A DNA stretch of 64,000 nucleotides from Octopus vulgaris (lineage: Eukaryota). The stretch's first letter is position 1, and each line of letters opens with the position of its first letter. Location: NCBI GenBank assembly GCA_951406725.2, contig OX597817.1:103292001-103356000 (forward strand), in the 5' to 3' direction. The notes beneath the pieces were generated by a model. The model was not told where the DNA came from. It did not search any database and saw only the letters and a program-made list of their open reading frames with translations. This document shows, piece by piece, positions 48,811-61,399 of this stretch. A program made the position numbers and the translations under genes.

Positions 48811-50219
48811 GCGTGTGTGTGTGTGTGTGTGCATGAACTTGTACGTGTATGTATACATTATGCTTGCGTACTGATACTTAAATACATTCACATATAATAT
48901 GCTACGCTGAATTGTAGAATATACCTCAAGTTATTTTTGATAGCAGTGTGTATAAAAGGCGATGTAGACACCTAGTCTATATAAATAATATTTTTGTAAA
49001 CAGCAAAAGAGGGATTAGCCGGGCTCGCTTCAGTGCTATGTTGGGATTTCATCAGCGACTGAATACCCACTCTAACTATCTATGGACTAGCTGTGAGCTA
49101 GCTGGTGTTTCTAGTCCGGGGCAGCCACTGAATTCTCCTCTGCATCCAAGGAGTGCAAAACAGCCACTACTGGCTTAAAGAGCAAGCCCAGAACTGCCCC
49201 CTCTACTGCCCAAACTGCCCCTCTCGCTCCCTTCTGAGATACGCTTCTATTGACGATTGACGAGTTTCGGGATTGGGATTAGTCCGGATGATCTCTAATT
49301 TACTAATCAGGAAGATATTGTTAAATACACCGACATGGTATGTATGTATGTATGTATGTATGTATGTATGTATGTATGTATGTATGTATGTATGTATGTA
49401 TGTATGTATGTATGTATGTATGTATGTATGTACGTATGTATGTATGTATTGGTAAACATGTATCAATATATTCTGTAAAACAATATATGGATACATTTTT
49501 TTTTGTTAACAATAAAGCATTGAAATAAAATATTGTTAACGTATCAGTGATTTAACAACCTATTGATTGAAATAGCTGTCAAGAATGAGCTAAATATAAA
49601 AATTGGACTAGCCAGTTTACGTAAGCCCTTTGTAATAGTGTGCTTAAAGCAGTGTCTTCATAGACAGTTAAAAAGTACTTACTTGCAAATAAAATACCAT
49701 CACATGTTTGAAACCGCTCCGGGTGATTCCCCTTTTTATGCTCACAAAGCTAGTTTGTAAGTAGAAAGCTGTTTACTTGTCTATTGAATGTTGACTACAA
49801 ACGTATGGATATATTCTGTAGTTCTGCACAGCATTGAAATACAACATTCTTAATGAACATGTAATATACATACATAAAAGCATATATGCATTCACACGCA
49901 CGCGCGCACACCCACACGCACACGCGCACTGACAGACAGACACACACACACACACACAGATACTTGGCGTCGTCACATCAGACCTGTAGGTGTGGAGGAC
50001 CGTCTAAAATGCAATTTTGAAAGTTTTCTTCCAGAATTATGCCAGCTTCTCCAGCAAAGATTTATTTCTTCTGTTATAAATATGAGAAGCACTTTTTACT
50101 TACCAGCTTAGCATTATTCAGGCCAGATTACGAAATATATCTGACGTGACACAGGTGAAATCAATAATGATATCAACAATGATACCAACACAAGCACTAC
50201 GACATACATACATACATAA

Positions 50220-50253
<34 letters not shown>

Positions 50254-50273
50254 CATACATACATACATACATA

Positions 50274-51211
50274 CCGTAAATCCTCGAGTATAATACGCAT
50301 TTTTTTCCAAAATTTAGAGGTCAAAATCCCTAGTGCCTACTATATACAAGGTTAAAAATGAAAAATATTTCCTAAGCAATGTCCGAGTCTCTATTTGCTG
50401 TCCGGCAATGTTTATTCAGACGCATTTTGTGATGTTGGGCGCGAAAATACCTGAAGCTAAGCCTGAAAGCAATGACGTGATAAAAGAATCATCCATAACT
50501 TGCAGTAAGCAACATTTATTAAAATAAAAGTATTCAGAACACAGAATAACATGTAACAAAAACAATTTGCAAACATATTTACATTTCCATATAACAATTA
50601 AGAACATCACCATTATTGTATTACGCATGCGCGGAAGTGTTTGTTCGACTAGGTGCAGCTGAATTGTGCTTAATAGTTTAGCGCTAAATAGTTCATCCTG
50701 CTGTTTGTATAGGCAGTTTGCATCATTATCGTGGCAAACAATAGATAATTAAATACCAGTATTAAATGTTTGAACTACAGTGGGTCTTTACTAGGGTTTT
50801 TTTTTATAAGCGGGACTTAAACCTGTACATTAATCTCCAATAAACCATTTTATACATTACATGCCCATAAAATGCCTCGTAGATCTTATTCAACTATGTT
50901 TAAACGTGAAGTTATATCATATGCTGAAGAGCATAGTAATAGGGCCGCCGGAAGATAATTTGATGTTGACGAAAGCAACGTCAGGTTATGGCGAAGAAAT
51001 AAAGACGAAATCAAACAGATTGCAAGAAGGCAATAATAAAGGACGTTACTGTATACAATTTTACAAACCAAGGACGTTATATAGACCTCTTTGACTCAAG
51101 TTAGAGAAGGGGTGCGTATTATAGACGAGGTTTAGGTTTTTTAGTGGTACAGCCCCCTAAAAATCCCCTACGTATTATACTCAAGGGCGGACTATACTCG
51201 ACGATGTACGG
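50274..51211 (+). mobile_element. Non-autonomous pogo-like (Brinker DBD) DNA transposon with both TIRs
   Basis: TA|CCGTAAATCCTCGAGTATA ... TATACTCGACGATGTACGG. Remnant from 50872 reads MPRRSYSTMFKREVISYAEEHSNRAAGR*FDVDESNVRLWR. Inserted in (ACAT)n. Confidence 0.85.
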
Positions 51212-52829
51212 TTCATATATACATACATACATGCATGCATACATACATACATACATACATACATACATACATACATACATACATACATGCATAAATTCAT
51301 ACATACATAATAGCATACATAAATATGCACATACAAATATACAGCCGCATATGGTGAGGAAGGTAGTCATGTCGGTATTAGAAGACTATTCAGCTCCCGT
51401 ATAATGAATACTACCCACTAGAACGTTCGCCATTGATACAAGCCCAGTAAAAATTGGTTATCTTCAACCGATATACGTGGAAAGCTATTTTTTTATGTAA
51501 GAATATAACAGTTATGGAACAGTGAAATTTAGTTGAAACCCAACACGCGAATGACTACTATATATGCAATGGCTTGACCGAAAACTGATATCAGCTAAGG
51601 CGGGTCGCAGCTGCTAGTTCTATAAAAGTGTTAAGAAAGACCCTTCGGTAGGTTTCGTGAAAAAGATGAAAAGTGACTGAGATTTAAAATATCCCGTTAC
51701 ACAAAATTCAATGCCTAACAACTACGACAAGCAACCAGAAGAAAAAAAATCTATCAAAATCGCACAGTAAATAAGAGCCTGATTTGACCAGTGATTCTGC
51801 TCCCAAATAGTTCGTAAACAAAACGGACCACGACCGATACGATAACAATAAAACTGAGATTAACAAAATGTCATTATACGATTGATCGTTAACTGATAAT
51901 GAATAAATGATAGAAATGAACGAAAATATAAATAGCTGAAAGAATAGTTAACAAAAGTTCATACAAAACTTCACTGTTCATATTAATAATCACCACACGA
52001 ATCGACAGAAAAACCAATGGCCAAAGTAGCTAAGGAACAAGTAACAGTATTGGGCATTCAATATACTATTATGCAGGTAACGTTACGATCACTACTCTTC
52101 AACAGTTAGGAGTAGCAGAGATCGATTGTATCAAGGCCCGCCACTACCCCCCGCCCCCCCCAAAATACAAAACAAAACAAAATTAAACCGAAATGGATGA
52201 CCTCTCTTCAGTTTGATCTCTATTCATTTTAGGGAAGGATCCAGAATGTAAACAAACAACACGCTCGTACTGCAGTTTGGTTAGATGGGCTACGGAGAGC
52301 ATACAGTACAAAAATCTCTCTTAAAAGAGAACTTCACAGTCAAGCTTTGTTTTTTACTGGTTGTGAAGCTACAGAGCAGAAAAATCACCTGGGAGGGACT
52401 CAGTCAAGGGATCCGCTGTTAACGTGTTCAAAGCGACAATGAACGCTGATGTGCTCTTGCAGTTGCATGTGCAACACCAGTACCTAAAACCAGGAGGGAT
52501 ATGTGACCGAAAACTCTAAGCTTATAATGAACTTGAATGTAATCTACAAGTTATATACAGGCTGGTTGAAAGCTTACCTCTGGGATCACTGCAAGACACA
52601 CATTAGTGCGACTGATGTGGAGGCGGAGAGAATAGAAAGGAAACTGGAGTTGCGCTGAATAACGCTTCATCAACAAAGCTGTATGTAAGGAAGTAAAACG
52701 GCACCGACGAAACCTCTTCAATAGTTAGACTCTAAGAAGACGTTTGACTCAGTCTGTCACACAAAGATAGGCGAGTCACTACATCTTGTTAAGAGTCCAA
52801 CTACTCTAGTCTATGCTGTTAAGTTGCCG

Positions 52830-53446
52830 ATAACAACGTGGTTCACAGTGCTATAGTCACTAACATAATTAGGCTATCAGCAGGAAAATTTCTGGATGAC
52901 TACTCATCTGTAATGCTTTTCACAGCAGCTGCGAACCTCTTGTTAATCCTGCAAAGGAAATGCAAAAAAGACATGACAGGATTTCTCGGCGGAAGAAAAA
53001 TTAGCGTCACCCACACTTTTTTCGTGATGATCTTAAGCGCTGATCAAGTGATAGCTATGACATCAAGAGATAGTTTAGAACAACAGGTCACAACATTCTC
53101 ATAGGACATAGGAATGGACTTCGATCTAGATAAGGGTTCGCATTTGGTAGTCAAACAATGAAAGATTACCTGTCATAGAAGGAATATGGATATCAATAGC
53201 CTGCCTACTTTTCCTATCATCAGTGATGAGTATTACAAATTTCTAGCAATTGACGAAAATATTGCATGTGTTGGTGTTGCTAGTAAAGCTAGAGTGATGA
53301 AAAATACTTCAGTAAAGTTCGCAATGCATAGAAGTCACAACCGTATGGACACTGTAGTCCATAATGCTTTCGTAGTGTCAGTGCTAGCACAAACATTTGG
53401 GATATTAGAGTTGACGCTTGAAAAAATTCACAACTTTGAATTGTGA
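52830..53446 (+). mobile_element. Dong/R4-like RT remnant
   Basis: VTTFS.DIGMDF.LDK, YKFLAIDEN, HNAFVVSVL..TFGILE.T; homologous to 33420-35430. Confidence 0.65.
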
Positions 53447-53489
53447 ATAGCACTTTGAATACATCTTACTAAACACTACTTCTCACAAC

Positions 53490-54583
53490 TGACTAGTTTT
53501 CAAAATGCATTCGGGACGTGAAGGCAGTTTTTGAAAGCTCGCTATGCAAAAAGGTTTTATGTTAAACTGGGCAAAAGCTTCACAGAAAATTATGAAATGC
53601 TCCAGACTACTTATGTATTAACTTGTATGAGTCGCGCAGTTTTCCCCTGGCACAAGAGGTTCAAGAATAGTAGGAAAGAGTTGAGGGACCATGAGAGGTG
53701 TGGAAATGAGATGGATGGCAGAACATCAGAGGTTGTTTAGAAAATTCGCAATTTTCTTGAAGAAGACTGTCTGTCTATAAAGACCATAAGTATATAGCTT
53801 AGAGTTGGTGTGGCAACTGTACACAGAACTATTCATGAAGATCTGAAAATGCACCAAACTTTTGCTTAGATCATTTTCAGGGTTCTCAATGATGATCAGA
53901 AGGAAAGACGCGCTTGTGATAGCTGGGAGATAGTTGAACACATTACTTCAAATCCAAGACACTTGGGTCTCAGGTGACCTGTTATGGAGGCAAAATCTGC
54001 TGTTATGATCAAGAGACCAAGAGACAAAGTACCTAATGGAAGCACCCTGGCTCCTCAAAATCCAAGAGGGCCAAGTAAAGCAAGTCCAGAAAGCTCATAC
54101 TGATCACTTTTGTCGACAGTCAGGGCATCATCTTCATCCACTGGGTTCTATCTGACCAGACAGTTAACAAAGAGTACTTTACGGATGTTTCAAGGGAGTT
54201 CAGGATGAGATTTCGTCGTAAAAGGTCGGAGCTTTTTCAGTTAGATCGGTGGCACCAGCACCAGAACAATGTACCAATCCACAATTCCCCCGTGGTAACT
54301 AACTACTTGACAAAGATGGGCATCAAAACTGTCTCTCAACCTCCCCACCGTCCAGACTTTGCTCTCTGTGACTTTTGGTTGTTCTCTGAGCAGAATGAGA
54401 ACCTCAGGGGCATTTGTTTTGAAGATATTGGGAATCCATCGAGGATTCAAGAAGGGAATGGAGCACTGCAAATGCATTAAAGTCAAAGGATCCAACTGCG
54501 AAAGAGATTAGAGTTTTGTACTTCTTTGAAATTGATAAATTCTTACCTGAAAATGTCTCAAAACTTCTGGAATGCAGCGTGTA
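53490..54583 (+). mobile_element. Near full-length degenerate mariner element
   Basis: RYAK.FYVKLGKSFTE.YEML...WHKRFK, RFRRKR..LF...WH.HQNN.P.H...VTNYLTKMGIK.V.QPP..PDFALCDFWLF. Confidence 0.88.
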
Positions 54584-55138
54584 TATGTTTGTGTGTGCCT
54601 CTGTGCATGCAATGAATTGCTAGTCGCTGGAACATCGAATAGAATGCCTTGTTCCGAGTACAGTGTGTCAGCTTTATATTCAGATAAATGACTAAAGTAC
54701 CGCTTCAGAATGGTTAATTGTCGGAATTCAAGCGAGATGTCTAACGGTGTCTGGTATCTGTACTTTTTATTTTTAAACAAAATTTCATTGTAATGTCAAC
54801 GCCTGGGATGATACTAGCGTCATGCTGTACCGGTTGTAGTCCTTACCTAGAACAATATCGGTGGCAAGGAGAGGGGTAACCTGCATACAAGTGCAACCTG
54901 TATTTAAAAAAACGACACTTTGCCTCGGCTCGCATCTTGGAAAGATAACCAGGTGCAGGCCAATAGTCTCGCAAGGGAACTGGTGGTCTCCTATTGATTT
55001 TAGAGTAAGTCTACTGCCTGGAAACCTAGGTAAATGACTTTTACCCAGGTCTACCAGTATGAAAATAGAACTTGTACACACACGCGCACGCACACATGAT
55101 ATGCATATACACATATATGTATATATACGTGTGTATAT

Positions 55139-55192
<54 letters not shown>

Positions 55193-55329
55193 AGATAAAG
55201 GTGTCATTGAGACCCAAAGGTGTCAGGCGATGCTGAATAAGTGCTATAGACAGACCACAGTTAAGTTCCAGATTCGGTAATATTGCGAATAAAGGGTTCA
55301 ACGTTGGTTCTATGTCAGCGTGTGTATAT

Positions 55330-55787
55330 AAGAATTTTTTGCGTAATGAGATAAAAAACCAAGACTGTATAGACCATTTATAGATTAAAGGTCTTACAGA
55401 TTTTTCTAGGATATTAATTAATAGTATCCCTTCATCGGAGACGGTGTGAGAGAAAAAATTAAGTCATAGTTAGTTTCGATGTGATACAAAATAGAGAGTG
55501 AGGTGGAGGAAAGAAAATAGATGTAAGATATGTATGGGTATTGAATTCATAAATCCGTTTTATAGGCATAATGGTATATATGTGTAATATTCCAATATCC
55601 AACAGAGTTTAATATGAGTCCATCCAGATATAGAGTTTATAAGCAATGTAAGATTCTCTTAAAGTTGGTCATTCCCAGTAAGGAACTTATATAGAGTGTA
55701 GCAGATTCAAGGTTTCTATTTAAACTGACCTAGAAATAGGGAGTGTATTAGTATGGTTAAATTGAAAATAGGAAGAGAGGAAAAAAG

Positions 55788-55830
<43 letters not shown>

Positions 55831-57098
55831 GGAGAGAAAGAATGAAAGAGAAAGAACAAAGAAGATTAGTAAAAATAACAAAAATACAATAAAGAATAAA
55901 AGCCCTGAATAAAGCCCTAAATATGAATAAAGGGAATGAGGAAAAGAAAAAAGAAACATTAAGATATAGGTTGGTCAGTGGTCAGTGGGGATAATTTGAA
56001 AGTAGGAGTGGGGATGGAGAGAGAAAGGTATTATAGTGTAAAAGATAGAGGAATGTGGGGTGGTTAAGAGGTAGAGGAAATACCAATGTGTAGTAGTGGC
56101 TACTAATTGTGAGGCAAATATATGAAGAATTAAGGAAATAGCAGTGTTAATTAGTCAGAGAAAATATATATCTGAAGATGTATATACATGTATATATCAG
56201 ATAAGTTACAAATACAATCCTCGTGTATCATCGTTCCTGCATATGCAGTTATCTATACCCTGCATGTGTACATATGTTTACATGTATACCCTTACTCGAA
56301 TATAATCAGATGGTTGCATATGTGAGAAACTACATAGGGGTTATGAGTTAGAGTGTAAATTTATAGGTTAATGGGATTACCTAAGAATTATTGCGGAAAT
56401 GTTCTGTATGGTCATTCTGGCATTTGGATTTGTGATAGAATTTAAATGTGTGATAAAAGCAGTGGTTGCATTTGCTTAGTACCTCATTATGTTTATTTAG
56501 TAGTGTTGGAGAGTTGTGCTTTAATATTTGATGTGCCCCCTTCAGACAAGGCTTGCAGATTAAGCGTTGACCTCGGTAGGGAAGTCCTGAGTCTATTATG
56601 GACCATGATAGAGTATAGGGTATATTTGCATTTTTGAGATGATGTATGTGGTTGGCGTGTGTTGTAGATTTGCTGTTTATCGTATCTAAAAGAGTGGAGA
56701 GGAGTGGCATCATCTCCACTCTTTTAGATGCCAGAATGACCATACAGTACATTTCCGCAATAATACTTAGGTAATCCCATTAACCTATAAATTTACACTC
56801 TAACTCATAACCCCTATCTAGTTTCTCAGATATGCAACCATCTGATTATATTCGTTTCCATATATACGCACACACATCCATGCGCGCGTATATATGTACG
56901 AGTGAGGGTATACATGTATGCATGTATGTGGGTATATGTAAACATATGTACACATGCAGGGTATAGATAACTGCATATGCAGGAACGATGATACACGAGG
57001 ATTATATTTGTAACTTATCTTTGAAACTTATCTGATATATACATGTATATACATCTTCAGATATATATTTTCCCAGACTAATTAACACTGTTATTTCC
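55330..57098 (-). mobile_element. Penelope-like element 3' part with pLTR and inverted duplication
   Basis: ORF 56381-56752 (STTHANHIHHLK...SWSII...PY.....CKPCL.....I......LLNKHNEVLSKCNH) matches the C-terminal part of the GIY-YIG region. pLTR with a decayed hammerhead at 55391-55442; 56134-56423 is inverted at 56728-57098. Confidence 0.8.
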
Positions 57099-57099
57099 G

Positions 57100-57120
57100 C
57101 GCGTGTGTGTATGTGTTTAG

Positions 57121-57151
<31 letters not shown>

Positions 57152-57333
57152 TGTATGTATGTATGTATGTATGTATGTATGTATGTATGTATGTATGTAT
57201 GCATGCATGCATGCATGTATAAATGTATGTATGTATGTATGTATGTATGTATGTATGTATGTATGTATGTATGTATGTATGTATGCATGCATGCATGCAT
57301 GTATGTATGTATGTATGTATGTATGTATGTATG

Positions 57334-57416
<83 letters not shown>

Positions 57417-57460
57417 ATATATATATATATATATATACATACACATATATTTATGTATGT
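57100..57460. repeat. Compound (TATG)n/(TATC)n/(TA)n microsatellite
   Basis: Direct reading of the sequence. Confidence 0.95.
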
Positions 57461-57924
57461 GCGTGAAAATATATATGTGATTCGCTTTTCTTTAATTCTT
57501 CTACCAGCAATTCTAGTATATTCGTGACCTATGAGTCTTCCAGTGCAGTTTCTGGTATCTAGCTACATTTTACAATATTGTATATAAGTCATGATGCTTC
57601 TACATCTATGAACTTATTCAGTTGTTTTTATATAATTCACATAGTTTCCATTGTTTAGTTTGGAAGCTACAGTTAACTATTTGTGTCTTAAAACATTTCG
57701 ATAGATCCTTTCCCAACGCCATTTATACCATAGCTGCTCCTTCCTGTTGAGCACAAATACTTTACACTGTAAATCATGAAGAATTTTTTTGTTTCTATTT
57801 TTCGCTTAGTTTTTTTTTCCGTCGATCGAATAATACATTTATTTAGGTTTCAATTGCCAATGACGAAATGGTGGATATTTATTATATAACACTATAATAA
57901 TTCTATTATGGAAATATATCTTGT

Positions 57925-58110
57925 ATCTTTTACTTGTTTCAGTGATTAGACTGCGGCAATGTTGTGGCACTGAACAAATTTTAGTCGAACGAATCGACCC
58001 CAGTACTTTTTTTTAAGCCTAGTACTTATTCTATCAGTCTCTTTGGCCGAACCGCTGGTTGTCAAGTGAGGGTGGAGAACAAACACAGACACAAAGACTC
58101 GCACACACAC
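57925..58110 (-). mobile_element. SINE family B, 3' part
   Basis: Reverse complement of the family B tail. Confidence 0.75.
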
Positions 58111-58129
58111 AAACATATATATATACATG

Positions 58130-58174
<45 letters not shown>

Positions 58175-58189
58175 ATTTTTTAATTTTTT

Positions 58190-58415
58190 TTATTACCCAC
58201 AAGGAGCTAAACATAGAAGGGACAAACAAGGACAGACATAGGTATTAAGTCGATTACATCGACCCCAGTACGTAGCTGGTACTTAATTTATCGACCCCGA
58301 AATGATGAAAGGCAAAGTCGACCTCGGCGGAATTTGAACTCACAACGTAACGGCAGATGAAATACCGCTAAGCATTTCGCCCGACGTGCTAACGTTTCTG
58401 CCAGCTCGCCGCCTT
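58190..58415 (-). mobile_element. SINE family A, variant with Tx1-like tail
   Basis: Intact head and core, then tail TTTGTCCCTTCTATGTTTAGCTCCTTGTGGGTAATAAA. Confidence 0.85.
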
Positions 58416-58439
58416 TAAGCAACCAGTAAAACGTGCATT

Positions 58440-58530
<91 letters not shown>

Positions 58531-58949
58531 TACATGGGTTCTGACGAAGGCAGCATTACTTTTCTTGATCGTTCAATTTTTCTTAACTGAGTAAATCTAT
58601 CAGTAACGTACCTAAAATGAATTCTGCTTTAAGACAAATTTACTCTAATGAAGGAAATGTATATATATATATATATATATATAGATAGATAGATAGAAAG
58701 ATAATTTTTAAATCTTAATAAGGTTTAAAGTGAGTTTGAAGCTTCTCGTAGCCGTTTTAAAACTGAAAAATGCACGTTTTACTGGTTGCTTAAATAGCAA
58801 AAGATTTTTTCTTACAAGTGCACATACGAAAATATATACACAGAAAAGAGAAAAGAATATAAAAAAATGTAAAAAAGGATATAAAATAATTATAAAAAAG
58901 GAAATAAAAAATAATATATATGTATATATAAAGAATAAAAAGCATGTGA

Positions 58950-59096
58950 AAAGAAGGAGAAGAAGAAGAAGGAGGAGGAGGAGAAGAAGAAGAAAAAGAA
59001 GAAGAAGAAGAAGAAGAAGAAGAAGAAGAAGATGATGAAGAAGAAGATGATGAAGAAGAAGATGATGAAGAAGAAGATGAAGAAGAAGAAGAAGAT
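58950..59096. repeat. (GAA)n/(GAT)n purine tract
   Basis: Direct reading of the sequence. Confidence 0.95.
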
Positions 59097-59099
59097 TAC

Positions 59100-59440
59100 C
59101 ACATGTACCAATGAAAATTGCATGGTATGTAAGATTAACCCCGAGAAATGTAGTCTACAGTATAGGGTGCATAGATGGTGCTTGTAAAGAAAACATTACA
59201 TACATTGGTGAGACTTCTAGTAGCGTTGCAGAGAGGTTAAATGAACATTTGAGACAATATGACTAAATAAAAAAAAAACCCAGTCCTCTCTACTCTATCA
59301 ACATGCCAAAGACCAACATGGCGACTTGACATCCGCATTTTATCTAAGCGCCCGAAGGACCCAACACTCGGACAATCACAGGAGTATGTACTCATAAATG
59401 AAACATCTCCTGTACTAATTAAGAGATACACATAGAAGAT
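59100..59440 (+). mobile_element. Penelope-like GIY-YIG endonuclease remnant (second family)
   Basis: ITYIGETSSSVAERLNEHLRQY...IRILSKRPKDPTLGQSQEYVLINETSPVL. Confidence 0.7.
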
Positions 59441-59508
59441 AGTGTTACCCCAATACCAACAGTTTATACATGCACAGGTAGATTTGTTAGTAGGCTGTTA
59501 TGTAGGCA

Positions 59509-59558
<50 letters not shown>

Positions 59559-59564
<6 letters not shown>

Positions 59565-59827
59565 GAAATGAGGTAATCAGAAGATCGGATGGTTTATATT
59601 TACAGATATTTATTTATATATTACATTTTCTACATATATATCATATCACTTAGATCATTAGCGCTTTCTCCCATTCTAGTGGAGTTTTCGATTTGAAAAC
59701 CCCACTAGAATGGGAGAAAGCGCTAATGATCTAAGTAATATGATATATATATGTATAAAATGTAATATACAAGTAAATATCTGTAAATATAAACCATCCG
59801 ATCTTCTGATTACCTCATTTCTTCTAA
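59559..59827. repeat. Near-perfect palindrome of about 270 bp (fold-back pLTR-like)
   Basis: Left arm TTAGAAGAAATGAGGTAATCAGAAGATCGGATGG...GTTTTC mirrors right arm GAAAAC...CCATCCGATCTTCTGATTACCTCATTTCTTCTAA. Confidence 0.92.
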
Positions 59828-59879
59828 TATATAATACCTGTACATCATCTCCAAACCTTCCAATATATATATATATATA

Positions 59880-59923
<44 letters not shown>

Positions 59924-60344
59924 TAAATGGATATGTAGGCAAATGGATAGATAAGTAGGTAGATAGGTACATGGGTAATGCGGACAGACAAGTACACCCA
60001 CCCACACACACACAAGGAGACAGAGGTACACACACACACACACACACACAAACATGCATACGCAAACATTTTGGCAATTTCATGACAATATTTCGTTTTG
60101 GGATTTGGTTTGCAAGATTCTTTATGTGAGTTCGTGTGTTGAAGCATATTCCGTTTTGTCTGGGGAGAGTCATTCTCTTTTGGTGCCTTATAATTTAACA
60201 CATTTACCCGTAAAATTTCCAATTATTTCTTTATTATTACTTTTTTATTTTTCTAAAATTTTCTTTGCGTCTTGCAACAAGGTTGCAAGACGCAACGAAA
60301 ATTTTAGAAAAATATTAAAAAAGAAAAAAGAAACAAGTAGAATA

Positions 60345-60960
60345 TGACAATATGTTTCACAGTAATGATTTTTCTGGGTTTTAAGAAGTTACAGTGGATG
60401 AGTCCAGCACTACACCATCAAACAGTCACCATAACCTTCTTTTTGAAGAGCTCGGGTTCAGAGAAGGTTTTCGGTGCTTCATTTTGGTGCAACCACTGCT
60501 GGGAATCCACTTTTCATCGCAAGTTACAATACGGTCGAGAAATGGATCGGTCTCATTACGGAAAAGAAGCGACGAGCAAATTTCATATCTGCGCATTTTC
60601 TGATTTTCATTCAAATCGTGTGGTATCCATTTGTCGAGCTTTTTTGATTTTCTGATCGCATTCAAATGGTTGCATGCAGTTTTCTGGCTAACTTTTCTTT
60701 CTCAACGACGGTCTTTTAATTGAGCGTCATCGATGACAAATGGGCGTCCACTACGCTCATGATCTTTAAGGCTCAGGTCTGCACTGCGAAATTGTTTAAA
60801 CCATTTTCGAGTTAACCACACACTGGTAATTTCCTCTTCAAACGTTTTGTTAATATCGCGAGCAGTTTCAGCAGCTTTACGTCCTTTTATGAAGTTGAAT
60901 AGCAAATTTGCTCGAATATCGCACTTTGACAGCTCCATTTCAGATGATTGTAATGACGAT
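60345..60960 (-). mobile_element. Internally deleted mariner element
   Basis: IRANLLFNF.KGRKAAETARDIN..F...KWFKQFRS.D.SL.D.ERSGRP and KKLDKWIPHDL..NQK.RR.EICSSLL.RN..DPFLDRIVTCDEKWI. Confidence 0.9.
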
Positions 60961-61230
60961 TTCTTTATTGCCTACAAGGGGTTAAACATAGAGGGACAGT
61001 AAAAAGATGGACAAAAACACTAAGGTGGGGAAAAATAAAACGAATGAGAAATATGGTATAAAAATGAATGGTTGAAATAAAGATCACTTGGACCCCACAA
61101 CCAAAGTGACTTCATTGATACTTTTTTAGAAACAATTAATCACTTAATCATTACTTAATATATTACGGAGATGTACTTGCATAGCAAGTGATCTGATCTG
61201 AGATCGTGTGCTGGAACAAAAATAATTGCT

Positions 61231-61340
61231 GCGTGGAAGGTGTTTATAAGCCATTTAAGAAACACACAAAAACCATTTGATTCACTTCAATCTAACGGTT
61301 TTTGTGTGTTTCTTAAATGGCTTATAAACACTATCCACGC
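61231..61340. repeat. Inverted repeat of about 110 bp (fold-back / MITE-like)
   Basis: GTGTTTATAAGCCATTTAAGAAACACACAAAAACC ... GGTTTTTGTGTGTTTCTTAAATGGCTTATAAACAC. Confidence 0.9.
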
Positions 61341-61399
61341 TGCAATTGTTTTCATTAATTAATATCTCCATGTTAAAATATTTTAAAAGTTCATAATAG

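Noticed and set aside
49040-49300. Separated CTGATGA and GAAACTCGTC motifs on the minus strand as a type II hammerhead
   Set aside because: The would-be stem II arms are identical rather than complementary.
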